64,000 bases of DNA from contig NIVC01003369.1 of assembly GCA_002269645.1 (NCBI GenBank), positions 1-64,000 of the forward strand, read 5' to 3'. Shown here one piece after another: positions 20,840 through 32,773 of this stretch (positions within the stretch are counted from its first letter, which is position 1; the number at the start of each line of letters is the position of its first letter). The DNA is from Macrostomum lignano (Eukaryota). Under the pieces are notes generated by a model. The model was not told the DNA's origin. It ran no database searches and saw only the letters and a program-made list of their open reading frames with translations. Position numbers and translations under genes: made by a program.

Positions 20840-23800
20840 ATGTCCGAGAAGCAGGTGCAGGGCACCAATGACAGCAGCATAGTGAGCAAGGCCTCGGCTG
20901 TTGAGAGAGGCTACTTTGATGACCCCTTCGTGTCGCTGATGGTGCGCAAGAGGGCTCGCCGGGCTCCGCTGATTAACCGGTTCGTGCGGCTGGGGTTCGG
21001 GTCTCGCTTTTTGACCCTGGCTTGAATATTGAGGCCAGTTCAATAATTTGATCAGAGTCAAATTGGTAGGGTCCCCCACCAAAACAAATTTTACCACACT
21101 GAGGGGGGGGGTCCGTGCGGGGCCGCATTCACGTGGGACTTGTGTACGGAAAACTAGGAGTGGGAGGTTCGTTGTGCGATTCACCACCAACCCCAAAGCA
21201 GCAGGGTGTAGATAAGATTAGAAATTAGAAAGTCTCAGTTCTATTTTTATGATCTGTTGAGCTGTTCTTAATAAAAAACCACTGCAGCGGATACTACATT
21301 CGCATGAAGGCTATGGACCAGGCCCTTCAGAATTTCATCAGCGCCACGTCATCAGAAGGGCAGACTCGCTACGTAAGTCCTAGGAGTTTTTTGTAGAGTT
21401 CTTCTACTTCCAATCAGTAGCATGATGAACATTTTTTTCATTTTTCAGATTATATCGCTGGGCGCGGGTTTCGACACGGCCTACTTCAGGCTGAAGTCTA
21501 AGGGTCTCCTGGACGGAATCTACTATATCGAGGTATTCTGATGCAGATCATCATGCAAATTACTTTTTTGACTAAAATACGACTCACCTAAGAAAAGAAC
21601 AGCAAAATTAGCGTAATTCTGGGTAAACAGCAGGAGTAACTATGACTGTACTATTAAGGCTAAATGTCTCGTCATCTAATTAGTACTACGTCTGTTTCCC
21701 CTTTACATTTTTGCCACTTACCTTGGCTGGGCCCCTCGCCAGTCAGCCGGGTGTTGCGCATGTGTGATGCAGATTCGTTGATGATTGACTTGCTGACTCT
21801 CCAGAGCCTCTCTGTCACTCGAACCTTCCCGCTCCAGATTGACTACTACGATGTGGTGGCGAACAAGGCGCGGCTGATCCAGCAGTCCGAGTTGCTGACG
21901 ACCGTCATTGGTGACTACCAGCTTGAGTTGGGCTCCAATTTAGGCAAGTGGGGGCTGGCGGCCTCCGCTTCTGCTTATTGGGGGCTGCTTTTGGGATCCA
22001 CGTTGTGGGTTTTTTCTAAAGCAGTCTGAAGTTTTGACGATTTTTCCATAGCTATGAAGTCTGGGAGATTTTTCCATACCTATGGAGCCTGGGGCGATTT
22101 TTCCATAGCTATGGAGTCTGGGCGGTTTTCTATAGCTATGGAGTCTGGGCGGTTTTTCCATAGCTTTTGAGTCTGGGGCGATTTTTCCAGGGCTATGGAG
22201 TCTGGGCGATTTTCTATAGCTATGGAGTCTAGGGCGATTTTTCCAGGGCTATGGAGTCTGGGCGGTTTTTCCGGGGCTATGGAGTCTGGGCGATTTTTCC
22301 AGGGCTATGGAGTCTGGGCGATTTTCTATAGCTATAGAGTCTGGGCGATTTTCTATAGCTATGAAGTCTAGGGCGATTTTTCCAGGGCTATGGAGTCTGG
22401 GCGGTTTTTCCGGGGCTATGGAGTCTGGGCGATTTTTCCAGGGCTATGGAGTCTGGGCGATTTTCTATAGCTATAGAGTCTGGGGCGATTTTTCCAGGGC
22501 TATGGAGTCTGGGCGGTTTTTCCAGGGCTATGGAGTCTGGGCGATTTTTCCAGGGCCATGGAGTCTGGGCGATTTTTCCAGGGCTATGGAGTCTGGGGCG
22601 ATTTTCCAAAGCTATGAAGTGTGAGCGATCTTTTATAATGCTGTGAAGTCTTTTCAAATCTGTCTGTCTATTGGAGTTCGCGCGGTTTTCCACGGCCACT
22701 GCGCAAATTATAGTCAGTATCAATTAGCTGTTTCTTCAGCACAGCATAAAGTACAGATTGCACTCTCTAACCTATTGACCTCCGCCCCCTCCCTCTCCAG
22801 TGGTGCGCTCAGCAGACTACTGCCTAGTAGCATCGGACCTCACTCACGAGCCAGTGCTGGCCGCCTGTCTCCGCGAGCTGATCCCAGACTGGACTGCGCC
22901 AGCTCTGTTCTTCTCTGAGTGCGTGCTCACCTATGTGGCGCCCAAGCAGTGAGTCATCAGGCTGTTCAATTTGTCACCTGTGACACTTATAATGTAAGGT
23001 ATTCTCAGAACCCTCGAGTTTTGTCACACATTGATGCACAAGTTCAGGATAACTCCAAACACCATTCAAGTTCAAGGATAATCTCTAATCCATCCCAAGG
23101 ATAATCCTAATCCATTCCAAGGATAATCCCCAATCCATTCCAAGGATAATCCCCAATCCATTCCAAGGATAATCCCCAATCCATTCCAAGGATAATCCCC
23201 AATCCATCCCTAGGATAATCCCCAATCCATTCCAAGGATAATCCCCAATCCATTCCAAGGATAATCCCCAATCAATCCAAGGATAATCCCCAATCCATTC
23301 CAATGATAATCCCTAATCCATCCCTAGGATAATCCCCAATCCATTTCAAAGGTAATCCCTGGTCCAACTTAAGAAAACCCCTAATCTATTTAATGACTAT
23401 TTTAAATGACTCTGATTGCTTTAATACATAGCGACTCCAGCTCAAGTTCGCCATATCTTATCTCATGGCCAATCCGCATCGGCTTACCCGCAGCGCCGAT
23501 CGGCTGATAAACTGGATCAGTCAAGAGTTCCCCTGCAGCGTCTTCCTGCTGTATGAGCAAATCCGGCCTTATGACGGCTTCGGAGTCATCATGTGGGCTG
23601 AACTGCGCTGGCTGTATTTGCACTCACCCCACAGAATCGCCACTCACCTCACAGAATCGCCAGTCACCCCACAGAATCGCCAGTCACCCCACAGAATCGC
23701 CACTCACCTCACAGAATCGCCAGTCACCCCACAGAATCGCCAGTCACCCCACAGAATCGCCAGTCACCCCACAGAATCGCCAGTCACCCCACAGAATCGC

Positions 23801-26568
23801 CAGTCACCTCACAGAGTCGCCACTCACCTCACAGAATCGCCAGTGACCACACAGAATCGCCAGTCACCCGACAGAATCGCCAGTCACCCCACAGAATCGC
23901 CACTCACCCCGCAGAATCGCCAGTGACCCTGCAGAATGGCCCCTCACTCCACAGAATCGCCAGTCACCCCACAGATTCGCCACTAATCCTGCAGAATGGC
24001 CAGTCACCCTGCAGAATCGCCAGTCACCCCACAGAATCGCCAGTCACCCCACAGAATCGTCAGTCACCCCACGGAATCGCCACTCACCTCACAGAATCGC
24101 CACTCACCTCACAGAATCGCCAGTCACCCCACGGAATCGCCACTCACCCCACAGAATCGCCAGTCACCCCACAGAATCGCCACTCACCCCACAGAATCGC
24201 CACTCACCACACAGAATCACCCTCTACAACCCCAAAAACTCGCAATCCACAGGTGTCAGCACTTCAAAGGTCTGGGCTCGCGTCTAAAGTGCATCGAAAA
24301 ATACCCGTATTTGGCCGATCAAAGAGAACGATTTTCAGTAGTAAGTGTCTGTTTCAACAATGAACGCTATTTGATGACCAAAATTACCGCGATCCTCGCT
24401 GCGAACACCCCCAGGGTTGGCAGCGGGTCGAGGCCCTGGACATGAACGCCTTCTACCGGTCGCTTGACTTGGCCGAGCGCTGCCGAGTCGAACACCTGGA
24501 AGTATTCGATGAATTCGAGGAGTGGTGGGCCAAGTGCGAGCACTACTTCGTGCTGGCCGCGCACACCGCCGGCTTTCGCCACCGGCATCACCGGGCCCGG
24601 CTGCTCGCCCGGCGCCACGGCGACTGCGGCGAGGAGGAAGAGGCCGTGGCCGAGCCCCCGTGCTGGCGGGTGCAGCAGGGCCTGTCCCAGCAACCGCTTG
24701 GCAACCTGACCCGGGTGCCGGTCCGGCCGTTGCCGGGCGGATGCGCCGACCAGTTCCGCCTGCACTGGACCGGCCTCAGCCCGGTGGAGCTGCCCCAGCA
24801 TGCGCCGCTGCTGCTGCGGCTCGGCGGCTACGGCGTCGACCCGCTGGGGCCGCCCGGCCACCGGCGCCTATCCTGCCTGACCTTAATTGACCCCTACCGG
24901 CTGGCCAGCCAGCAGCCGCCGGTCTGTCAGCACGCGAAGCCCGAGGAGCCGTGCCCGTCCGAGTGGCTGGAGCACCTGCTGGGCCCCGTGGTCTACCAGG
25001 TGAGGCGGCTTGCCAACTAATAATATTTTTGAAGGCGGATTTCTACAATATAGTCTTCAGGTAATTCCCCATGTTTCCCATTGAAATTCCCGAATTCCCC
25101 TCCGCCCAGGTTGGCGCCCAGGAGCTGCTGCTGTTCGGCGGCAAGGCCAGTCCGCTGCGGCCCTCGGCCCGCCTGCTCCGCCTACGGCTGTCCGCCTCCC
25201 CGGACGGCGCTGGCTCGCCCCGCTTCACGATCGAGGAGGTTGCCCAGCGGCGCGCCGACGGTCCCGAGCTCGAGCCCCCGTGCGCGCGCTGGCGTCACGC
25301 CGGCTGCTCCGTGCCGCTGGGCGACGGCGGCCAGCGGCGTCGAGGCCTCGTCCTGTACGGGGGTCGAACCCCGGACCGACTGTGCCTGGCGGATGCCTAC
25401 CTGGCCGTCTGGCCGCCCCCGCAGCAGCTGGACGGCGAGGTCGGCGGCGTGGCTTGGGAGGCACTGCCGGCCAGCCCGGGGCCGCGCTGCTCGCACGCCG
25501 TCTGCGGCCACCCCAGCCGGCCGCTGGCCTTCCTCAGCTCTGGCCTCAGTCTTGAAGAGGCCGCCGATGATGGAGATGCCGGCCAGCGCAGCTCCGCCCT
25601 GCGGCCCATGTGGGACCTGTGGCAGCTGGACGTGCTGGCCAGGCAGTGGACTCGGCTGACCCTCTCTGGCCGCCTGGCCGGTCCGTCCGGTCTGCCCGTC
25701 ACCCGCTTCGGACACTCGATGCACTGCCTGGCCGCTGCCGAGCTCGGGAAAGGTGCGCCTGCTGCTTTAAGGAGTCTTGAGAATCCACTCTGATCCGTTT
25801 CAGGAGATGCCCATTTTCCTGAACCAATCCCTAATCCAGCCCTAGGATAATCCCCGATTGTTGCCAAAGATAATCGCCAATCTACTCAATGGATACTGCC
25901 CGATCTACTCAATGGATACTGCCCGATCTACTCAAAGGATAATCTTGATTGTTGCTAAAAATAATCCCTAATCTACTCAAAGGAAAGTCCCCGATCTACT
26001 CAAAAGATAATCCTCAATCTACTCAAAGGATTATCCCCAATCTACTCAAAGGATAATCCCCAATCTACTCGAAGAATTATCCCCAATCTACTCAAAGGAT
26101 AATCCCAGATTCACCCAAGCAGTCTAGCTTCACTCTGACCCGCCATCTCCCCCAGGCAACGACACCTCCGCGGCGCCAGCCAACTGGCTCATCTGCTTCG
26201 GCGGCGCCGTGGCCACCTCCGCGGACTCCGCCGGCCCCGCCAGCCGCTCGCTGACCGAGCCGGCCACCCTCTGCCTCATCAGAGTCGGCCTTGATGGCAC
26301 CGCCGCCCAGTTCGTCAACCTGGCCGCTGACTTCTCCCTCGATCCCGCCGCCGCCTCCGCCGCCCTCTCGAAGGCCTTCCTCGCCTTCAACTCCGCCACG
26401 GCGCTGCTGACGCCGGCCGGACGCCCGACTGGCCAGGAAGACCGGCCGGCTCTGCTGGCCATCCTGGGCGGCGGCGGCAGCTGCTTCAGCTTTGGCACCC
26501 ACCTGAACCCTGCGGCCGTGTGCTTGCACCTGGCTGACCTCTTCCTGCCTGTGGCCGGCCTGTTCTGA
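20840..26568 (+). CDS. LCMT2: tRNA wybutosine-synthesizing protein 4 / leucine carboxyl methyltransferase 2; exons 20840..20979, 21288..21372, 21449..21532, 21838..21943, 22801..22948, 23494..23592, 24253..24340, 24415..24999, 25110..25752, 26156..26568 (~796 aa)
   Basis: [61 protein letters not shown], kelch-like C-terminus and [14 protein letters not shown]. Exons sum to 2391 nt in phase. Confidence 0.93.
22040..22620. repeat. ~28-bp minisatellite in LCMT2 intron 4 (CTATGGAGTCTGGGCGATTTTTCCAGGG)
   Basis: Directly visible. Confidence 0.96.
23085..23350. repeat. 23-bp minisatellite in LCMT2 intron 5 (CCAATCCATTCCAAGGATAATCC)
   Basis: Directly visible; related to the array at 25835-26110. 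Confidence 0.94.
23622..24220. repeat. 20-bp minisatellite in LCMT2 intron 6 (CAGTCACCCCACAGAATCGC)
   Basis: Directly visible. Confidence 0.96.
25835..26110. repeat. 23-bp degenerate minisatellite in the last LCMT2 intron (CCAATCTACTCAAAGGATAATCC)
   Basis: Directly visible. Confidence 0.9.
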
Positions 26569-26644
26569 CACCGGCCTCGGCCTGAGCTCTGGGATTTTTT
26601 GCACCTTCTTCCCTGTTTTAGCTGCCATTCTCCTAGATCCACAG

Positions 26645-27282
26645 CTGTTGAGCCAGCCTCTCAGATCCTTAGTTGCTGGGCCAGCCTCCCGGATCCTCAG
26701 TTGCTGGGCCAGCCTCCCGGATCCTCAGTTGCTGGGCCAGCCTCCCGGATCCTCAGTTGCTGAGCCAGCCTCCCGGATCATCAGTTGCTAGGCCAGCCTC
26801 CCGGATCCTCAGTTGCTGGGCCAGCCTCCCAGATCCTCAGTTGCTGGGCCAGCCTCCCGGATCCTCAGTTGCTGGGCCAGCCTCCCAGATCCTCAGTTGC
26901 TGAGCCAGCCTCCCGGATCATCAGTTGCTAGGCCAGCCTCCCGGATCCTCAGTTGCTGGGCCAGCCTCCCAGATCCTCAGTTGCTGGGCCAGCCTCCCGG
27001 ATCCTCAGTTGCTGGGCCAGCCTCCCAGATCCTCAGTTGCTGGGCCAGCCTCCCGGATCCTCACTTGCTGGGCCAGCCTCCCGGATCCTCAGTTGCTGGG
27101 CCAGCCTCCCAGATCCTCAGTTGCTGGGCCAGCCTCCCAGATCCCCACTTGCTGGGCCAGCCTCCCGGATCCTCAGTTGCTGGGCCAGCCTCCCAGATCC
27201 TCAGTTGCTGGGCCAGCCTCCCAGATCCTCAGTTGCTGGGCCAGCCTCCCAGATCCTCAGTTGCTGGGGCAGCCTCTCAGAG
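26645..27282. repeat. 28-bp minisatellite 3' of LCMT2 (GTTGCTGGGCCAGCCTCCCAGATCCTCA)
   Basis: Directly visible; same family as 60770-61990. Confidence 0.97.
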
Positions 27283-27724
27283 CCTGAATTTTCCTCAATA
27301 TTTATGTTTTGTCTTTCCTATCAGCTCACTGCATTGGTGTTGGTTTGTATTTACTCTTTCAATTTAGTTGTTAACAGAAGAATTGATAAAGTTTATTACA
27401 ATTCTGACTTTATTTGATTTTATGTGGGGAAAGTCTGAGCATGGCTAGAGACCTGTTGCAGTTTTGCTCTTTGAACTGCGCCTGTTGAGTTTTCGTGTGG
27501 TTTCCAGTCAGTGGCAATGCAATGAAATGTGGCTTCTGCCTTCTATTTGATCAATCATGAAAAATATATCACACTCGTGTCAGGCCGTCTGCTTTCTGTT
27601 AGACTGGATTGTCTATTGTCTGTTTTGGATTCAAATATTCTATGATTTCATCTCATAGCTCTTTTTATATGTTGCATTAATGTGCTAGTTTCCCAACCGC
27701 CAGGTAATTTAAGAGCACTTATAG

Positions 27725-27990
27725 ATCCTCAGGTAGATCGGGCAGCTACCCTCCCAGGTTCTCAGGTAGATTAAGCAGCCACTACCCTTTCAGATCCTCG
27801 AGTAGATCGGGCAGCTACCCTGCCAGATCCCAGGTAGATTATGCGGCCACTACCCTCCCAGATACCAGGTAGATTATGCGGCCACTACCCTCCCAGATCC
27901 CAGGTAGATTAGGTTGCAACTCTCAGATCCTCAGTAGATCAGTCGGCAACTCCCAGATCTTCAGTTGGATTGGGCTGCCAATCTCCCAGA
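27725..27990. repeat. Degenerate ~34-bp tandem repeat (CCCAGATCCCAGGTAGATTATGCGGCCACTACC)
   Basis: A few recognisable diverged copies. Confidence 0.75.
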
Positions 27991-28888
27991 TTCTCAGGTA
28001 GACTCAATCGGTCATTGTACATGCAGATCCAACAAAGTGCATCTCCCACCAATTATTTGCGGTACTGATTCAGACGCTTGTCTATGGCCAATCAACCCAA
28101 AGTCGTTCATCGGTTTAGTTGGAATTCAATGAATTTGGAATCCTATTTTTGCGAATCCGAAATCAAGTTAATCTCATCAGCCAATTACTCGAACAATTGG
28201 AACAATTACAAAACAGTATGACCGCCGGGTATCATAGCAAATGTTACCGCAATCATTTTCAGGTAAGCCCAAGCTCTTAGTTACAGGTAGGGTTTGTTGG
28301 CGCAAAATATGGCAATTCTGCGCGTGACAGAACGCACCAGTGTGCCATACAGATCGCCTCACCCTGACTCTGGTTAATGTACCAGGGTTAGGGTTGGGGC
28401 ATGCCGGAGATTGCATTGGCTGTGTACAGCTTGTACATGTGCGAAGGCTGTGGGGACCTCGCCTTTGTAGCTCAGCTTCATCTGCCACTCGCTTCTTTGA
28501 GGGTCTTCACTTGGCTCTGAGGTCCCGTTACTAGCGTTATTTCGGCACAAGTTGTGCCGACTTTATCACATTGGGAGCCAATTTAGCATAGCTGCTGTAC
28601 TTAGCGATCTCCGTTCTCCCATCGGGACTCAATCTGCTTTTGAAGACTCCCCAGGAGGAGATCCGCGAGCTTTTCATTGTGATCTCTTTGGCCGGAGTTC
28701 TCCAATAAATTTATATTACATTTTCGATCGCGAAGGCAAAGCCACAAAGATTGGTAAACATTGGTAAGTCATTGCTGTGATGGTCTGGCGCAAACGATCG
28801 TTAGGTGCCATTGCGCCAGCTGCACATAAAGAACGCCAGACAGCACCTGCTCCGTTTTTATCGGAGATGGTGGTGAATTATAAACGAA

Positions 28889-29194
28889 ATGCTCAATGCG
28901 AATCTGCAGGTGACCTACTCGCCAGTCTGCCTGACCATCACCGTCAGCTCGGACTATCGCGAGCGCGGCAAGGAGCTGTTCTACCGCATCCTGGCCGACT
29001 TCGCCGACTTGCACCCGGTGTGGGTCCGCGTGCAGCTGGAGTCGGCCGCCGAGCCGCGCCTCTTCGAGGTGTCCATCCGCGGCTACGACGTCACTTTCGA
29101 GGCTAACGACAAGGGCATCATCGACCAGACGGCGCTGTACCGCAAGCTGCGCGAGATCTGCAAATCTTTTTGCCCAATCATCAGCCTGGTGTGA
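28889..29194 (+). CDS. Small Rdx-family (SelW/SelT/MIEN1-like) thioredoxin-fold protein with SxxC motif
   Basis: LQVTYSPVC corresponds to the VxYCxxU/C motif. FEVSIRG and GIIDQTALYRKL correspond to SelW FEVMVAG and GYVDTESKFLKL. High-GC3 coding style. Confidence 0.6.
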   Translation: MLNANLQVTYSPVCLTITVSSDYRERGKELFYRILADFADLHPVWVRVQLESAAEPRLFEVSIRGYDVTFEANDKGIIDQTALYRKLREICKSFCPIISLV

Positions 29195-29539
29195 GCCGGG
29201 CGTGCTGAACCTGCAGACTGGAAATTGATTGCCTTGTAGCTGCCTGTTTTTAATAAAGCTGCTTGTTGTTCTTCATCCTTCGCTAGAAGCTGTGCTTACT
29301 TCACTTGCTTTACTGACTTCTTGAACTCCCAGCTGTGCATAAAATACCTGGTTTGATTCCGTGCGCATCCACATTCATTTTTGGCTTATCGATGAATGCA
29401 CTGGCGACACGAAAAGTACACGTTCCTCGCCGACTCCCAGCTCGTTTCTAAGGAAATTAAATGCAGCGTCCTTGTGCTTCAGCTGTCCATGGGCACAGGG
29501 AGTACGAAATGCCTCACTTTTAAACAGCTCAACCCAACG

Positions 29540-30125
29540 GAGACGCCATTGCCGTGTGCGAGGCTTCCGGTACCTCGGGTCGCTTGCAACGAGTCCGGAC
29601 TCGATCGTCTCCGACAGGAGGAATCAGGCGTGGCGCGCGGCGCACCTGCTCAGGAACGTCTTCAACTCTACTGCTTGGGACGGCCTGAAAGTGCGCCTCT
29701 TCCGCGCGGCCGTTGAGCCGATCCTCCTGTACGGCATGGAAGCGGTGCCGATGACCAACACACGAGAGCGAGCCCTGAACGCGCTTTACAGGTCCTGTTG
29801 CGCTACGCTCTGGGTGTGCACTATCCCGAGCAGTTGCCGTCCAGAGACCTGATGGCCCGCGCCGGCGTTCCAGACCTGAGCGTTATCCTGCGCTGGCGCC
29901 GCCAGATGCTACTGGGCCACTGCCTACGGAGTCACGGCCGCGGCGACCAGGTCCCGTTGGCGCTGGTCCTCCTGCACCAGTCGACGGAGCGGAAGCGCCG
30001 TGGCCAAGGGCGAACTGTGACGCTGACTGACTGTTTTGTGGCTGACTTGCAGGCGCTGGGTCTCAGCCCCCCCCCCAGACCGCTGCTGCCTGCCCCTCCC
30101 GCCTGTTTCGCGAGTGCGTGTGCAT
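29540..30125 (+). mobile_element. 5'-truncated, frameshifted non-LTR retrotransposon (RTE-like) RT C-terminal fragment
   Basis: FRYLGS...LKVRLFRAAVEPILLYGMEA...RWRRQMLLGHCLR...RRGQGR, with a frame break near 29800. Confidence 0.85.
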
Positions 30126-30889
30126 AAAATCCCTCTAGTTTTTGCGTTTCTCTATCCACGAGCTATCTATGAGTGCGTGCCTGCGTACAGCATCCGCATG
30201 ATGGGCAGAATTGCGTCACCGCTGGTTGTCGCAGAAGGCGTTGCGCCCGCAACCCTTCTGGTAATATTAGATATTATAATTTATTGGGGAGAACCAGGGG
30301 TGTTGATGTATCATGTGGTCTGAACTAAAACTACAAACTCCCAATGTTATTTATTCAACTTCTAAACTGCCCGTCCTGGTCCTTGGACCAAGTGCAAGTT
30401 TTTACAGTGTGATTTCTTTTACTTAGTAGACACCCAACTAATATGGGCGAACATTGAAAGTCTAAAGAAGCACCACTAAAAAGGCAAATTTCTTATTTCC
30501 ACATTACATCAGCCTATCAAAGGGGGCTTATTTATAATGGGGACAATACTAGCTAATGTCACAGACATCAGCCTTCAAGATGGTCTAAGAGCAAAAAGTG
30601 TTGGAGCTTCTCGACTAAAAGACCGGCTTGAATGAGCAGTTCAGGGACAATTAAAAGTGTTTCAGAGTGTTCTAGTTGTCCCTGGAGCAGTTTCTGCAAC
30701 CGCCAGCGTGAAGACGTCCGTCTATGGTAAAATTCCGTCGCATTTTATAATTAACTCTTGGTAAACAAGCGCTCTATTTAGTTCTCAAGTTCCTCCCGGC
30801 AAATCTTAGCTCAGGAGGCAACTGGCTTAGAGGTCGGGAATTGAGGAAATCCACAAAGCAACGCCTCATCAACAACTCCACGTCCGAAG

Positions 30890-32773
30890 ATGCACGCCAT
30901 CGGAAAGCTGCAGAAGCCGAAAGTTTACCGCCTTCAGGTTGATGGCTTCGGAGCCTCGTCGGGTGAATACACCTACAGCTCCATCAGGCCGTACTTCCCC
31001 GCCAACCACCCCAACACCATGTGGATCATCAACAGGGTCCGGGCGGACGACCCAACGCCTCTGGTGAACATTCTAAAGGCCAGGAAACGCATGAACATTT
31101 TCTTCAAGTACATGTACTTTCAAATCCTGGACAGGCCGTCGCTTTACAATCCGAAAGCGCCGATGGACAAGCCGATGTTTAGCGAGAAGGCCTACCTGTT
31201 TCTCAACATCTTCGCTGTGGCGCTGTACTTCAAGTGCGAGTCCATCGCGCAGGTGCTGGCGCCGATCCGGGTCGGCAAGCTGGACAATCAGTTCAGTTAC
31301 GAGGCTCTGAGCGAAGTCTCCATCCCGCAGTACGCCAGCTACGTGCACGACCACTCATTCGGCGACCTGATGACCTTCAGCATCCCCGTGGTGATGATGC
31401 GCCGGGAGGCCTACTTTGCTATTCCATTGCTGTTTAAGTTCGGCTCCTGGGCGCCCCGCAACCAGTTCACAATATCTTACTACCGCAGACACTACAACTG
31501 CACTAAAAAGTTCAACGACTGGCTTGAGTACGCCTGGCAGCTGCTCACCGAGCGGCCCTACACCAAGATCTCCATGATGGTGTACATGCTCAACAAATCT
31601 GCGCATCAGAATTTCTACCTCGGGGACAAGGTGTTCTTCCAGCCCATTAACTGTCGCTATTACAACGCGCCCTGGGTGTCGCCGTCGCAGGACGAGCGGG
31701 CGATGATCGTGTTCAGGTCCTACCCGAGGCGCCTGCTCTGCAAGCTGTTTCTGTGCAAGGACCCGCTACGAATCCTGCCCCAGGTGGTGCCCTTCGTGCG
31801 CATGTTCCAATCTAATCGCTACTTTGTCGCTCAGACCACCCGAGCCATGAACCCGGAGTTCCGCGCCGTCATTCACAGCAGTCTGGAGGAGCGCTTTCTC
31901 AACATCTCGCCAATCTGCAACTCGAACGAGCTGAACTCTTCTGACTATGTGGAGCAGAACTCGCACAAGACTTCCATCTACGATTATGACAACATCATCG
32001 CCTTGCTCTTGTACTTTCTCGTGAAAGCCACCGATAGAAATGTCCAGTCCCTGCAGCACAGCATCGTCCAGCTTGTCATGGACATCCTCGTGGACACGAA
32101 CTTGGTTTACATATTCTCCAAGGAGCCGGCAGTCAACCTGTCGTACTACATGTCCATGCTCATCGACGGCCCGTTCATCCAGCCCATCGACCTGCAGGTC
32201 ATGCTGCGGTCAATACCGAACTACCTAGTTGGCGTCCACGACATGGACAAGTGCTTCCCGCCCTACCTGCACACATCGGGCAGCAGGTACGACAGGCAGC
32301 AGCAGTTTGCACAGAACCTGTTCAAGACTAAACTGCCCGGCCTGTGGGAGAGCGGCGCGGTCGAACAGGCCATCCAGCTGATGCTGAAATACCGCATCGA
32401 CATTGACGACACCGTGGGAGTGACCACGCTGGAGTACTGCGACTGGAAGAACGAGTACCTGACGGCCAGGCTGAAGCTCAGCCTGCAGACGATGAACCAA
32501 GAGCAGCAGACGATTCCGGCTGAGCGGGTCGACCAGCGAATGACCGCCGACGATGAGGGCGGCCACCACGGCGTCGCCCTGGGCTGGCGCGCCTACCCGC
32601 CGTTCTTCTTCCGCGACGCCAAGGAGTTCATGGTAAAGCGGCAGCGGGACGCCAGCGTCAAGAAGAAGAAGCTGCGCCGGAATTACATCGACCTGTGGAC
32701 TATGGACGAGCTGGAGGTGAAACGGCCCGGCCAGGCGAACCGCAGGCAGTCTGTTTACACTCATTCCAAGTAG
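30890..32773 (+). CDS. Intronless 627-aa protein of unknown function (helical, possibly degenerate ankyrin-like repeats)
   Basis: 1.9-kb ORF with strong C/G third-position bias like neighbouring genes; no motif confidently recognised. Confidence 0.8.
   Translation: MHAIGKLQKPKVYRLQVDGFGASSGEYTYSSIRPYFPANHPNTMWIINRVRADDPTPLVNILKARKRMNIFFKYMYFQILDRPSLYNPKAPMDKPMFSEKAYLFLNIFAVALYFKCESIAQVLAPIRVGKLDNQFSYEALSEVSIPQYASYVHDHSFGDLMTFSIPVVMMRREAYFAIPLLFKFGSWAPRNQFTISYYRRHYNCTKKFNDWLEYAWQLLTERPYTKISMMVYMLNKSAHQNFYLGDKVFFQPINCRYYNAPWVSPSQDERAMIVFRSYPRRLLCKLFLCKDPLRILPQVVPFVRMFQSNRYFVAQTTRAMNPEFRAVIHSSLEERFLNISPICNSNELNSSDYVEQNSHKTSIYDYDNIIALLLYFLVKATDRNVQSLQHSIVQLVMDILVDTNLVYIFSKEPAVNLSYYMSMLIDGPFIQPIDLQVMLRSIPNYLVGVHDMDKCFPPYLHTSGSRYDRQQQFAQNLFKTKLPGLWESGAVEQAIQLMLKYRIDIDDTVGVTTLEYCDWKNEYLTARLKLSLQTMNQEQQTIPAERVDQRMTADDEGGHHGVALGWRAYPPFFFRDAKEFMVKRQRDASVKKKKLRRNYIDLWTMDELEVKRPGQANRRQSVYTHSK

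Noticed and set aside
29390-29470. SECIS element 3' of the Rdx-like gene
   Set aside because: No in-frame TGA in the ORF and no convincing non-Watson-Crick quartet.
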